Shown: positions 1-9,113 of the stretch, piece after piece
Layout: each line of letters opens with the position of its first letter
Numbering within the stretch: position 1 is the first letter of the stretch
Source: Bacteroidia bacterium
GTDB taxonomy: Bacteria > Bacteroidota > Bacteroidia > Bacteroidales > VadinHA17
NCBI GenBank assembly: GCA_026391215.1
Contig: JAPLDX010000017.1
Location: 1 to 49,534, forward strand
Direction of reading: 5' to 3'
DNA length: 49,534 bases
Notes under the pieces: model-generated
The model's database searches: none
Told to the model about the DNA's origin: nothing
Seen by the model: only the letters and a program-made list of their open reading frames with translations
Program-made: the position numbers and the translations under genes

Positions 1-253
1 AGGAGATTTGAGAGAACCTGACACTAGTACGAGAGGACCGTGTTGGACAGACCTCTAGTGTACCTGTTGTGGCGCCAGCTGCATCGCAGGGTAGCTATGT
101 TTGGAAGAGATAAGCACTGAAAGCATCTAAGTACGAAGCTCGTCTCAAGATGAGATCTCCCTTAAGGGTCGTCGAAGACTACGACGTTGATAGGCTGCAG
201 GTGTAAAGGCGGTGACGCCAAAGCCGAGCAGTACTAATTACCCGTGAACTTTC
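1..253 (+). rRNA. rrl: 23S rRNA, 3' end (partial)
   Basis: Sarcin-ricin loop (ctagtacgagaggacc) and conserved 3' motifs (ctgaaagcatctaag, gttgataggctgcaggtgta). The 3' boundary is approximate. Confidence 0.97.
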
Positions 254-307
254 TGAGTCAATTTTATTAGCTTTTACTCCGGTGTGTCATACATTATTTA
301 AAACCTT

Positions 308-413
<106 letters not shown>

Positions 414-420
414 CTTTAAT

Positions 421-460
421 AAAAAGCCCCTCAGAAAACTCTGAGGGGCTTTCTGTTTTT
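421..460. terminator. Bidirectional intrinsic terminator
   Basis: Stem agcccctcaga-aaac-tctgaggggct flanked by A and T tracts, between the rRNA operon and the convergent GH3 gene. Confidence 0.88.
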
Positions 461-469
461 AATAACTTA

Positions 470-2740
470 TTATTTTACCACCAACTCCGTCTTCTGCAGA
501 TCTCCTTCCTTCGAAGAACCTCCCGTCATTATCTCAAACTTGCCAGGCTCAACAACATACTTCATGTCTATATTATGAAAAGCAAGCTCATCAAACCCTA
601 TATAAAAAACTACATTCTTCTTCTCCTTAGGCTTTAAAGAAATCCGCCTGAACCCCTTAAGCTCCAAAACAGGCCTGGTAACCGAACTGACAACATCCCT
701 GATATACATCTGTACTATTTCATCACCGGCTACTTTCCCTGTATTAGTCACTTCAACCGATAACATTACATACTCTCCCTTATGAATGGTTTTCTTTTTC
801 AGGCGCGGCACTCCATATTTAAACTGCGTGTAGCTGAGTCCATACCCGAAATGAAATAATGGATTGATATCCTGTGAGATGTAATCCATAAACTGGGCAG
901 TGGGCTTGTGATTGTAAAACATCGGGATCTGCCCTGCCGACTTCGGGAAAGTTATCGTCAGCTTGCCCGATGGGTTTACATCTCCGAAAATTATATCCGC
1001 AGCAGCTATACCTGTTTCCTGACCCATATACCACCCTTCAAGAATGGCAGGAACCTTTTCCACGAGCTTATTTATTGCCAACGGACGGCCATTCATAAGG
1101 TAGACAACTACCGGTTTGCCAATGGCCGTTATTGCATCTGCAAGATCATTCTGCTCACCAAAGAGATCAAGCGTCATATTATCACCAATATGCGTCTTTG
1201 CCCAGGCCTCACGACACAAATGTTCATTCTCTCCAATGGCAAGTATTATCAGATCTGCTTTTTTCCCTATCCTTACCGCCTCTTCAATCAGCTTCAGATT
1301 TTCCTCTCTTGATGCGAACTTTATTTCATCATACTTCCAGTTGAAGTAGCTGTTTGAAGTATTTATCGTCAGCCTGCATCCCTGGGCGAAAAGTACTTCC
1401 GTGCCGGAACCTGCCTTCTCCTTTATTCCATCAAAAAGATTTACTTTCTTATATGGTTCGCCGGCATACCCTCCGAAAGATAGTCCTTTGGCACAGGGCC
1501 CAATGACTGCTATCTTTTTGTATTTGCCTTTTTTCAGAGGCAGCAGGTAATCGTTTTTCAGAAGTACTATTGACTCATGAGCCGCTTTCAGCGCCGTTGC
1601 CCTGTGTTCAGGAGACTTGCTGACTTTTACTGCATTCTGAAGATCTGAATAAGGATTTTCAAACAATCCCAGTTCAAATTTCAAGGTGAGAGCCTGTTCC
1701 ACAGCTTTATCAATGTCTCTTATACTGACTTTTCTCTCTTTGACCAGCTTTGGCAGCATCTTATATAAGTTCGCCTGCGGAAATTCATACTGTACTCCTG
1801 AATTAAAGCCAGTTATTGTCGCTTCCCTTGCATCTTCAGCCACCATGTGCTTGTTAAACAGCTGGTCAACACCATAATAATCGGATACTATCATACCCTT
1901 AAAGCCCCATTCTTTCCTGAGAACATCTTTCAGAAGCCATTTGTTTGCGTGTGAAGGGACACCATCAACCTCGTCATATGATGGCATCACTGAAACAGGT
2001 TTGACTTTATCAATACACCTTTTAAACATAGGCATATGATAGTCCCTGAGTACCCGCTCTGAATAATTAGCGGGACCCTGGTTCTGGCCTCCTTCCGGTT
2101 CTCCGTGCCCGGTAAAATGTTTCAGCGTTGCTGCAACATTATTCTTTGCCACCTTGCCCGTGACAGTGCCCTGAAGCCCTTTTACCGCAGCACAGGCCAG
2201 CATTCCGTTGAGATACGGATCTTCTCCATAGGTCTCTTCAACTCGTCCCCACCTTGGATCACGGCATGTATCAATTACCGGCGACAGGGCATGGTGTGTT
2301 CCCCTTGATCTCATTTCATGCGCTATAATGCCATATATCTTCTCAAAAATCTCACAGTCCCAGGAACAGGCCATTCCTATTGCCTGCGGAAATACCGTCG
2401 ACTCAGGCCTCATCATCCCGTGCTGTCCTTCATCCACGAATATCGCCGGAATATACAGCCTGGTCTCTTCAACAAGGTATTTTTGGATTTTATTTCTCAT
2501 CTCAACAGTCGCCTTGATCCCAAAAGGAGCAGGGTGAACTGAATTGCATCCTTTGCCGAATATCTCTTTCATTTTTACCGGATCTTCGAAGATCTCAGGT
2601 TTGAAATCTTCAACACCGCCGTTCCACAGACCCATCAGCTGGGCTGCCTTTTCCTCGATGGTCATGCGTTTAAGCAGATCCTTAACACGTTCCTTTACAG
2701 GTAATTTAGGATCTTTATACGCTGGTTTATTCTGTTTCAT
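470..2740 (-). CDS. Glycoside hydrolase family 3 (beta-glucosidase/xylosidase, BglX-like), probably cytoplasmic
   Basis: RDPRWGRVEETYGEDP, LKHF, IVSDY nucleophile motif, SIVLLKN and a C-terminal Fn3-like domain. The ATG at 2740 (MKQNK) is preferred over the ORF-track start. No signal peptide seen. Confidence 0.93.
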   Translation of the reverse strand: MKQNKPAYKDPKLPVKERVKDLLKRMTIEEKAAQLMGLWNGGVEDFKPEIFEDPVKMKEIFGKGCNSVHPAPFGIKATVEMRNKIQKYLVEETRLYIPAIFVDEGQHGMMRPESTVFPQAIGMACSWDCEIFEKIYGIIAHEMRSRGTHHALSPVIDTCRDPRWGRVEETYGEDPYLNGMLACAAVKGLQGTVTGKVAKNNVAATLKHFTGHGEPEGGQNQGPANYSERVLRDYHMPMFKRCIDKVKPVSVMPSYDEVDGVPSHANKWLLKDVLRKEWGFKGMIVSDYYGVDQLFNKHMVAEDAREATITGFNSGVQYEFPQANLYKMLPKLVKERKVSIRDIDKAVEQALTLKFELGLFENPYSDLQNAVKVSKSPEHRATALKAAHESIVLLKNDYLLPLKKGKYKKIAVIGPCAKGLSFGGYAGEPYKKVNLFDGIKEKAGSGTEVLFAQGCRLTINTSNSYFNWKYDEIKFASREENLKLIEEAVRIGKKADLIILAIGENEHLCREAWAKTHIGDNMTLDLFGEQNDLADAITAIGKPVVVYLMNGRPLAINKLVEKVPAILEGWYMGQETGIAAADIIFGDVNPSGKLTITFPKSAGQIPMFYNHKPTAQFMDYISQDINPLFHFGYGLSYTQFKYGVPRLKKKTIHKGEYVMLSVEVTNTGKVAGDEIVQMYIRDVVSSVTRPVLELKGFRRISLKPKEKKNVVFYIGFDELAFHNIDMKYVVEPGKFEIMTGGSSKEGDLQKTELVVK

Positions 2741-2744
2741 ATTT

Positions 2745-4193
2745 CTATATATAAGATTTGCGTCTTTCAGCAAGCTCGTCCTGCATCTGTATTTCAGTCT
2801 TCCTGTTTATGCCGTAAATGAAGAGGAAGACTATGCAAAGCACTATTGATATCGCCGGGTAAACGCTGACTGTCAGCCTTATGCCCTTGAGGGAGCTGGT
2901 TGTCTGTTCGACGTTCGATATATAGCCATATACTGATAACAGTTTTCCGGCAAGAAAACCTCCAATGGCCATACCGACTTTCAGTCCTACTACTATACCG
3001 GCAAAGACAATACCTGTGGCACGGCGGTTATTTTTCCACTCTGAGTAATCGGCCACATCGCCCATCATCGCCCATGGCAGCATCATTGTAACACCCCACG
3101 CGAAATTAAACAGTGTTGAAAGTATAAAGGTCAGCCAGATTGAAGTTGGAGGTATGACAACGAAAAGTAAAGCGGCCAGTCCTGCTACGCCCAGCCATGT
3201 TCTGAAAATATCTCTCTTGCAATATCCTTTTGCGAGCCTGTTTGAAAGGGCGATACCCAGGATAGCCGCAAGCTGGCCTATAATGTTTATCACACTGAAT
3301 GCATTACCTGCGATATCGGCACTTGTTCCGGTTAGCCCGATCGCACTGAAAAAGCCGAACAGTACCTTATCAATATCCATCAGGAATGCTTTCTGGCTGG
3401 CAATGTCGAGATAATATTTGAAGTAGTAGACCAGTATGCCGTTTCGCATAGAAAGGAAGATGAACATAAGAAGAAAGACGGAGAACATTATGATCCACTG
3501 ACGGTTACGGACCAGATCTGTAAGATCCTGTTTCAGTGATGACTTTTGCTGTGGTGGCGGTTTAATTCTCTCTTTTGTCGTGAAGAACGTTATTATGAAG
3601 AAAATGACAGCCAGCGCACAAAATATTCCCATTGTTATCTGGTATCCCCGGGAACTGTTCCCTTCACCAAAATGGTTGACCATTGGCAGGGTGAACCCCT
3701 GAATTGCTACTGTGGCAAGAGCAACAACAACAAATCGTACTGACGAAAGACTTGCGCGCTGAGTCATATTACCAGTGATGACTCCACTCAAAGCAGAATA
3801 TGGATTATTGTTTGCTGAATAAATGGTCATCAGTAAGAAATAAGTCACATAAGCATATATTAACTTTCCTGAAGGACCAAAATCGGGTGTCGTAAATGCA
3901 AAATAGCCAAGTATGCCGAATGGCAGTGCTGTCCATAGTATCCAGGGTCTGAATTTTCCCCATCGGGTATTGGTCCGGTCAGCCAGAGCGCCGAATATGG
4001 GGTCACAAACTGCTGCCCACAACCGGCCGATGAGAAACAGCGTTGCCGCTGCCGCAGCTGTCAGTCCAAAAGTATCAGTGTAGAAGCTGAGCTGCAAAAG
4101 CATCATTGTCTGAAAGATGAAATTGGCTGCACCATCACCCAGGCTATAGCCAATTTTTTCCCGTGCTGATAGTTTTTCTGTTGGAGTAGTCAT
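2745..4193 (-). CDS. MFS glycoside-pentoside-hexuronide (GPH):cation symporter
   Basis: KIGYSLGD, DPIFGALADRTNTRWGKFRPW and DVADYSEWKNNRR motifs, about 12 TM helices. Co-oriented with the GH3 gene, 4 bp apart. Confidence 0.92.
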   Translation of the reverse strand: MTTPTEKLSAREKIGYSLGDGAANFIFQTMMLLQLSFYTDTFGLTAAAAATLFLIGRLWAAVCDPIFGALADRTNTRWGKFRPWILWTALPFGILGYFAFTTPDFGPSGKLIYAYVTYFLLMTIYSANNNPYSALSGVITGNMTQRASLSSVRFVVVALATVAIQGFTLPMVNHFGEGNSSRGYQITMGIFCALAVIFFIITFFTTKERIKPPPQQKSSLKQDLTDLVRNRQWIIMFSVFLLMFIFLSMRNGILVYYFKYYLDIASQKAFLMDIDKVLFGFFSAIGLTGTSADIAGNAFSVINIIGQLAAILGIALSNRLAKGYCKRDIFRTWLGVAGLAALLFVVIPPTSIWLTFILSTLFNFAWGVTMMLPWAMMGDVADYSEWKNNRRATGIVFAGIVVGLKVGMAIGGFLAGKLLSVYGYISNVEQTTSSLKGIRLTVSVYPAISIVLCIVFLFIYGINRKTEIQMQDELAERRKSYI

Positions 4194-4267
4194 GTAAATA
4201 ATATTAGGTCAGAAAAAATACAGAAGAATGAATTTTAGGTAAATAAAAATATGTAATATGATTTACA

Positions 4268-4285
4268 TTTGCAACCGATTGCAAA
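4268..4285. promoter_or_regulatory. Putative LacI-family operator
   Basis: Palindrome TTTGCAA-C-CG-A-TTGCAAA with a central CG, about 75 bp upstream of the transporter/GH3 operon. Confidence 0.65.
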
Positions 4286-4298
4286 GAAAGGAATAAAT

Positions 4299-4412
4299 AC
4301 CCCTCTGCCGCAAAAGCAACATCACCCCGAAAGGGGGATAAAATGTGATTATAATCAGATATGGATTTAAGCCCCCTTCAGAGGGCAGGCCAGCTTTAGC
4401 TGTCCGGGGGTT
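4299..4412. repeat. Degenerate C-rich/G-rich double-hairpin intergenic element
   Basis: acccctct...ccccgaaaggggg, an AT spacer, then cccccttcagaggg...ggggg. Same layout as 19218-19331. Confidence 0.5.
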
Positions 4413-4415
4413 CTT

Positions 4416-6533
4416 CTAGTAGAATTTATATCTTTTATCTACGATATTTGCATCTTTACGGAGAGCTTCGAAGGCTTCGTAGTTGCCTCTCATCTGGTAG
4501 GTGACCATCATTCTATCTTTGAGAAGCTTCAGGTCTTCACTTCCTTTTGTGGTAAGACTGTTTACAAAAATCATATACACACCGTTTTCGCCTTTTACAG
4601 GACCCTCAACTACACCCTGTTTAGCGGCTGAAGCTGCTGCAATAAGTGCAGGCTCACTACCGGCACCGGGTACGGAATATGATCTGAAATTAACCTGCGT
4701 GGCTTCCTGTACATTGAGTCCCATAGTGTAGGCAATATCTTCAAGTGTCTTGCCTTCCTGGTTATTTTTAATGAATTCAGACGATATGACTTCTGCTTTT
4801 TTGTCTTTCAGAAGGATGAATTTGATATCGTTCTCAACATCTTTCATAGGAGCAATACCTTCTTCCTGAACGGCTGTGCAGAAAGCAACAACATATTTAT
4901 CTCCGATTTCGAAAACAGCCTGCTGATTTCCATCCAATACTATTTTCCCTTTTTCAGCAGTGAACAGCGATATTACAAGACTCCTGGGATTATCAAGTCC
5001 AGGAAGCGTTTTTTGCTGAGGAGTAACGTTATTTGCCACTCTCTTGTTAAGATTCTGCTCGGCAACAGCACTGTTGAATTTCTCATAAGTGCTGTTAACT
5101 CCTGCAAACTGGCTTGCCAGGCTGTATATTCTCTGGTTGGTGGTTGAACTCGGAGTAATCTTCCTGTCAACGATACCTATATTATATTTCCGTGATTTTT
5201 TTGATTGGTCAAGGATTTCAATTATATGAATTCCGAATGTTGTTTCAGCAGTAACTAATTCTCCTTTTTTGCCAGTGAAGCAGGCATCATTGAAAGGAGC
5301 GACCATCATTCCTTCCCCGAACCATCCCAGGTCGCCGCCTATCTGCGCAGAACCCTGATCCTCGGAATTCGTCATTGCCAGTAATTCAAACGGGGTACCT
5401 GATTTTATCAATCCTAACAGACTGTCAGCCAAAACCTTTGCATCTGCCAGTTTTCTTTTTTGTCCTGCTGAAATCAGAATATGGCGTGCATGTACTGAAT
5501 CGGGCCTGTCAGCAACATCGATCAATCTGGCGATCTTATAGGAATCTTCCTCCCTGTATGGTCCGAATACAGCTGATTTGTTTTCCTGCTTCACAAAGTC
5601 CCTGAGGTTTTCAGGAATACTGCTTACTGAAATGAAAGCGCCAGTGTGACGAGTATCGGCATTCAGGTTAATGTACTGATCCGGGTTGGTAGTTTCAGCA
5701 AATTCATCACGCGTTCTATTCATCCACTCCTCCGTTTGTTTTATATCTTCTTCTGAAGGTATTACATCAAACGTAACATACTCAATATCCCTCAGGGCAT
5801 TGCTTTTGAATGTCTCTTTATGTCCTGAATAATATGTTTCTATTTCACTTGCAGCAATAGTAACTGATGAATCAGGTACTGAAGCATAATTTTTCTGGAT
5901 AAAACTGAAATCGACAGTTGAATTAGAAATATTATTATCAAATTCAGCCTGTTTTGAAGTCACATATAGTCCTTTTGCTACCAGGTTGTTGTATTTTGTG
6001 CTCATCCTGTCAGTAACGATCTCGTCTTCAAAGAACAGCCAGTATTTTTTTGCTGTTTCATCAAGGTCAAGCTGTTTCAGGAAGTTCACAAGGAAGGATC
6101 TGTCGAAAATACCTGTCGATCGGTCTGTGAACAGCTGCTGTACAATGGGATGGGGATTATTTCCAAGTACCAGCTCATCAACTTCCTCTGTGCTCACTCC
6201 GATGCCGAGGTCTTTGTACTGGCTGTTTAGAATTTTTTCCTTGACTATCTGTTCCCATATCTGTTCCCGGACTGACTCTGAAGTCGCTTCATCAATGGTC
6301 GAAACGCCTGATAACTTATATATCTCGAAAAGATTCTGAACCCTCTGTTCATAATCCTGGTACGAAACCTGTTCGCCGGCTATCAGACCTATTTCATAAT
6401 ACTTTCTTTGCTGTCTTCTCTGTGCCCTTCCATTCCCGAAAAAATCACTCACCACAAAAAGGAAGAGCGAAAGGCCAATAATTGCGGCAACCAGAACGCC
6501 TGCTTTTTCCCTTAAAAATTGAATTGCTGACAT
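4416..6533 (-). CDS. PpiD/SurA-like membrane-anchored peptidyl-prolyl isomerase chaperone
   Basis: N-terminal TM anchor, SurA N-domain and parvulin motifs VHARHILI, SEDQGSAQIGGDLGWF, ETTFGIHII. Confidence 0.9.
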   Translation of the reverse strand: MSAIQFLREKAGVLVAAIIGLSLFLFVVSDFFGNGRAQRRQQRKYYEIGLIAGEQVSYQDYEQRVQNLFEIYKLSGVSTIDEATSESVREQIWEQIVKEKILNSQYKDLGIGVSTEEVDELVLGNNPHPIVQQLFTDRSTGIFDRSFLVNFLKQLDLDETAKKYWLFFEDEIVTDRMSTKYNNLVAKGLYVTSKQAEFDNNISNSTVDFSFIQKNYASVPDSSVTIAASEIETYYSGHKETFKSNALRDIEYVTFDVIPSEEDIKQTEEWMNRTRDEFAETTNPDQYINLNADTRHTGAFISVSSIPENLRDFVKQENKSAVFGPYREEDSYKIARLIDVADRPDSVHARHILISAGQKRKLADAKVLADSLLGLIKSGTPFELLAMTNSEDQGSAQIGGDLGWFGEGMMVAPFNDACFTGKKGELVTAETTFGIHIIEILDQSKKSRKYNIGIVDRKITPSSTTNQRIYSLASQFAGVNSTYEKFNSAVAEQNLNKRVANNVTPQQKTLPGLDNPRSLVISLFTAEKGKIVLDGNQQAVFEIGDKYVVAFCTAVQEEGIAPMKDVENDIKFILLKDKKAEVISSEFIKNNQEGKTLEDIAYTMGLNVQEATQVNFRSYSVPGAGSEPALIAAASAAKQGVVEGPVKGENGVYMIFVNSLTTKGSEDLKLLKDRMMVTYQMRGNYEAFEALRKDANIVDKRYKFY

Positions 6534-6582
6534 TAATATGCTTTTTAATAATTAAATAAATCGTGCTTTTTAATTCAGGCGA

Positions 6583-6590
6583 CAAATATA
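6583..6590 (-). promoter_or_regulatory. Bacteroidota sigmaA -7 element (TAnnTTTG) for the ppiD-like gene
   Basis: The reverse complement reads TATATTTG, 50 bp upstream of the ATG. Confidence 0.55.
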
Positions 6591-6685
6591 ACAAAATTCC
6601 AATAAAAAACAGATCACAGGTTTATATGAAGTCTTACAATTGAAGTATTGGGTTTTGACAGAGATATATTTTTGCCAGGACCTCT

Positions 6686-6826
6686 GAAAGGAGGGTATAA
6701 ACTATAAATATACATAAAAAAATGATGTTACATATAAAAAATAGGGGTATATAATGAAAAAAACATATATAAATTGAAAAATAGTTTAAAAAAACAGGGG
6801 GTGATATCAAAAAACATATATTTTTG
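6686..6826 (+). promoter_or_regulatory. glnA promoter region with three phased AGGG(G)T direct repeats and a -7 element
   Basis: Repeats at about 6691, 6736-6770 and 6788-6821. TATTTTTG at 6819-6826. Confidence 0.55.
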
Positions 6827-6843
6827 CAGAAAACTAATAATAT

Positions 6844-9033
6844 ATGGCAGAATTAAGATTCAGTGCATTAAGAGAAGTATTCAACAGGGTCCCTGTAGAA
6901 TACGAAACACCATCGAAGGTCATCTCCAAATACTACGGAGCGGATGTTTTTAACCTTCATAAAATGGAGCATTACCTTTCAAAGGAGGCCTTCGGAGTTG
7001 TAAAAAAGGCAATAGAAGAGGGAAAATCTCTTTCAAGGCAGGAGGCTGACCAGGTTGCAATAGGTCTTAAAGCCTGGGCAATGGAGAGAGGTGCAACACA
7101 TTTTACCCACTGGTTTCACCCGCTTACTGATGGGACAGCGGAAAAGCATGACGGATTCCTGGAAATGGGAGAAAACGGGCATGTAGTTGAGAATTTTTCC
7201 GGTGCAGTTCTTGTACAGTCCGAACCTGATGCATCAAGCTTCCCCAGCGGAGGAATAAGGAATACATTCGAAGCACGCGGATATACTGCCTGGGATGTTT
7301 CATCACCAGTATTTATTGTGGGTACCACCCTTTGTATCCCGACAATATTCGTCTCATATACAGGCGAAGCCCTTGATTATAAAGCGCCACTTCTTAAAGC
7401 GCTCTCCGAACTCGATAAAGCGGCTGTAGAGGTGTGCCAGTATTTTGATAAAGACGTGAAAAAGGTTTACGGGACGCTGGGAATAGAACAGGAATATTTC
7501 CTCATTGATGAAGCTTTATATTATGCCCGTCCGGATATAGTGCTGGCAGACAGAACACTTATGGGACACCAGTCGTCAAAAGACCAGCAGCTGGCTGATC
7601 ATTATTTTGGATCAATACCTGAAAGGGTCATGTGCTTCATCAAGGATTTTGAATGTTCTGCACATAAACTTGGTATTCCGGTAAAAACCCGTCATAATGA
7701 AGTGGCACCTAATCAGTTTGAATGCGCTCCCCTGTATGAAGAGGTGAATCTTGCAGTCGATCATAATCAACTTCTTATGGATATTATGAAGCGTGTTGCA
7801 CGTAAACATAAATTCAGGGTTTTGTTCCATGAAAAGCCATTTGCCGGAATTAACGGTTCGGGAAAGCATAATAACTGGTCGATGGCCACCGATACAGGAG
7901 TAAATCTTCTGTCCCCCGGGAAAAATCCGAAAACAAACCTTCAGTTCCTGACTTTCCTTGTAAATGTGATAAAAGCAGTCCATGACAGCAATGAACTGAT
8001 AAGGGCATCAGTAATGAATGAATCAAACTCATACCGTCTTGGCGGCCATGAAGCACCTCCGGCGATCATTTCAGTTTTCCTTGGCACATATCTTACTGAA
8101 ATGCTTGAAAGCATTGCCCGGAAAGTGACTGACAGAAAAATGACTCCGGCCCAGAAGACTGAGCTGAAGCTTGGAATTGGCAAAATCCCTGAGATCCTGC
8201 TTGATAATACCGACCGTAACCGTACCTCGCCATTTGCATTCACAGGAAACAGGTTCGAATTCAGGGCAGTTGGTTCATCGGCAAACTGCAGCGCTTCAAT
8301 GATAGTTCTCAATGCGGCCGTTGCATATCAACTAAAAAAATTCAAGGTTGAAGTCGAACAAATCATCAAAAAAGGCAGGAATAAGGATGAAGCGATATTC
8401 CAGGTTCTGAAGAAATATATCCTTGAATCTGAAAAAGTCCTGTTTGAAGGGGATAATTATAGCAAAGAGTGGCATGAAGAAGCTGCAAAAAGGAAGCTAT
8501 GTAACATTCCCAGTGTCCCCGAATCTGTGAAATGCTATCTTACCCCTGGATCCAGGGACGTCCTTATAGAATCAGGCATATTTTCAGAAAAGGAGCTCGA
8601 AAGCAGGGTGGAAGTTGAATATGAAAAGTTCACCAAAAAAGTTCAGATTGAGGCAAGAGTACTTGGCGACCTTGCAATAAACCATATAGTTCCTACCGCA
8701 ATCCGTTACATGACAATGCTCACAGATAATGTAAAAGGTCTGAAAGAAGTATTCAATGAGCTTGAATATGAACGGCTTGCCAGCGCCCGTAAGGAAATGA
8801 TTATAACCATTTCCGATCATATCTCCAACATTAAGAAATTGGTCAATGATATGATTGAGGAGCGGAAGAAAGCCAATGTCATTGAGGATTCATTCAAAAA
8901 AGCAGTTACATATGAGAAAAAGGTTAAACCTTTTCTGGAAGAGATCCGCTCTCATATCGATAAGCTTGAACTTATTGTTGATAATGAGATATGGCCGCTT
9001 CCAAAGTACAGAGAGCTCCTCTTTACCAGATAA
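6844..9033 (+). CDS. glnA: Glutamine synthetase type III
   Basis: 729 aa with THWFHPLT, EPDASSFPSGG, HNEVAPNQFE, GINGSGKHNNWS and DRNRTSPFAFTGNRFEFR motifs. Confidence 0.97.
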   Translation: MAELRFSALREVFNRVPVEYETPSKVISKYYGADVFNLHKMEHYLSKEAFGVVKKAIEEGKSLSRQEADQVAIGLKAWAMERGATHFTHWFHPLTDGTAEKHDGFLEMGENGHVVENFSGAVLVQSEPDASSFPSGGIRNTFEARGYTAWDVSSPVFIVGTTLCIPTIFVSYTGEALDYKAPLLKALSELDKAAVEVCQYFDKDVKKVYGTLGIEQEYFLIDEALYYARPDIVLADRTLMGHQSSKDQQLADHYFGSIPERVMCFIKDFECSAHKLGIPVKTRHNEVAPNQFECAPLYEEVNLAVDHNQLLMDIMKRVARKHKFRVLFHEKPFAGINGSGKHNNWSMATDTGVNLLSPGKNPKTNLQFLTFLVNVIKAVHDSNELIRASVMNESNSYRLGGHEAPPAIISVFLGTYLTEMLESIARKVTDRKMTPAQKTELKLGIGKIPEILLDNTDRNRTSPFAFTGNRFEFRAVGSSANCSASMIVLNAAVAYQLKKFKVEVEQIIKKGRNKDEAIFQVLKKYILESEKVLFEGDNYSKEWHEEAAKRKLCNIPSVPESVKCYLTPGSRDVLIESGIFSEKELESRVEVEYEKFTKKVQIEARVLGDLAINHIVPTAIRYMTMLTDNVKGLKEVFNELEYERLASARKEMIITISDHISNIKKLVNDMIEERKKANVIEDSFKKAVTYEKKVKPFLEEIRSHIDKLELIVDNEIWPLPKYRELLFTR

Positions 9034-9113
9034 TAAATACCTCCTCCTATCGTTACTAATTAATGTCATTCTCATTAAAATAGTTATTTTTATGACCATA
9101 TTTAAAGGATAGC

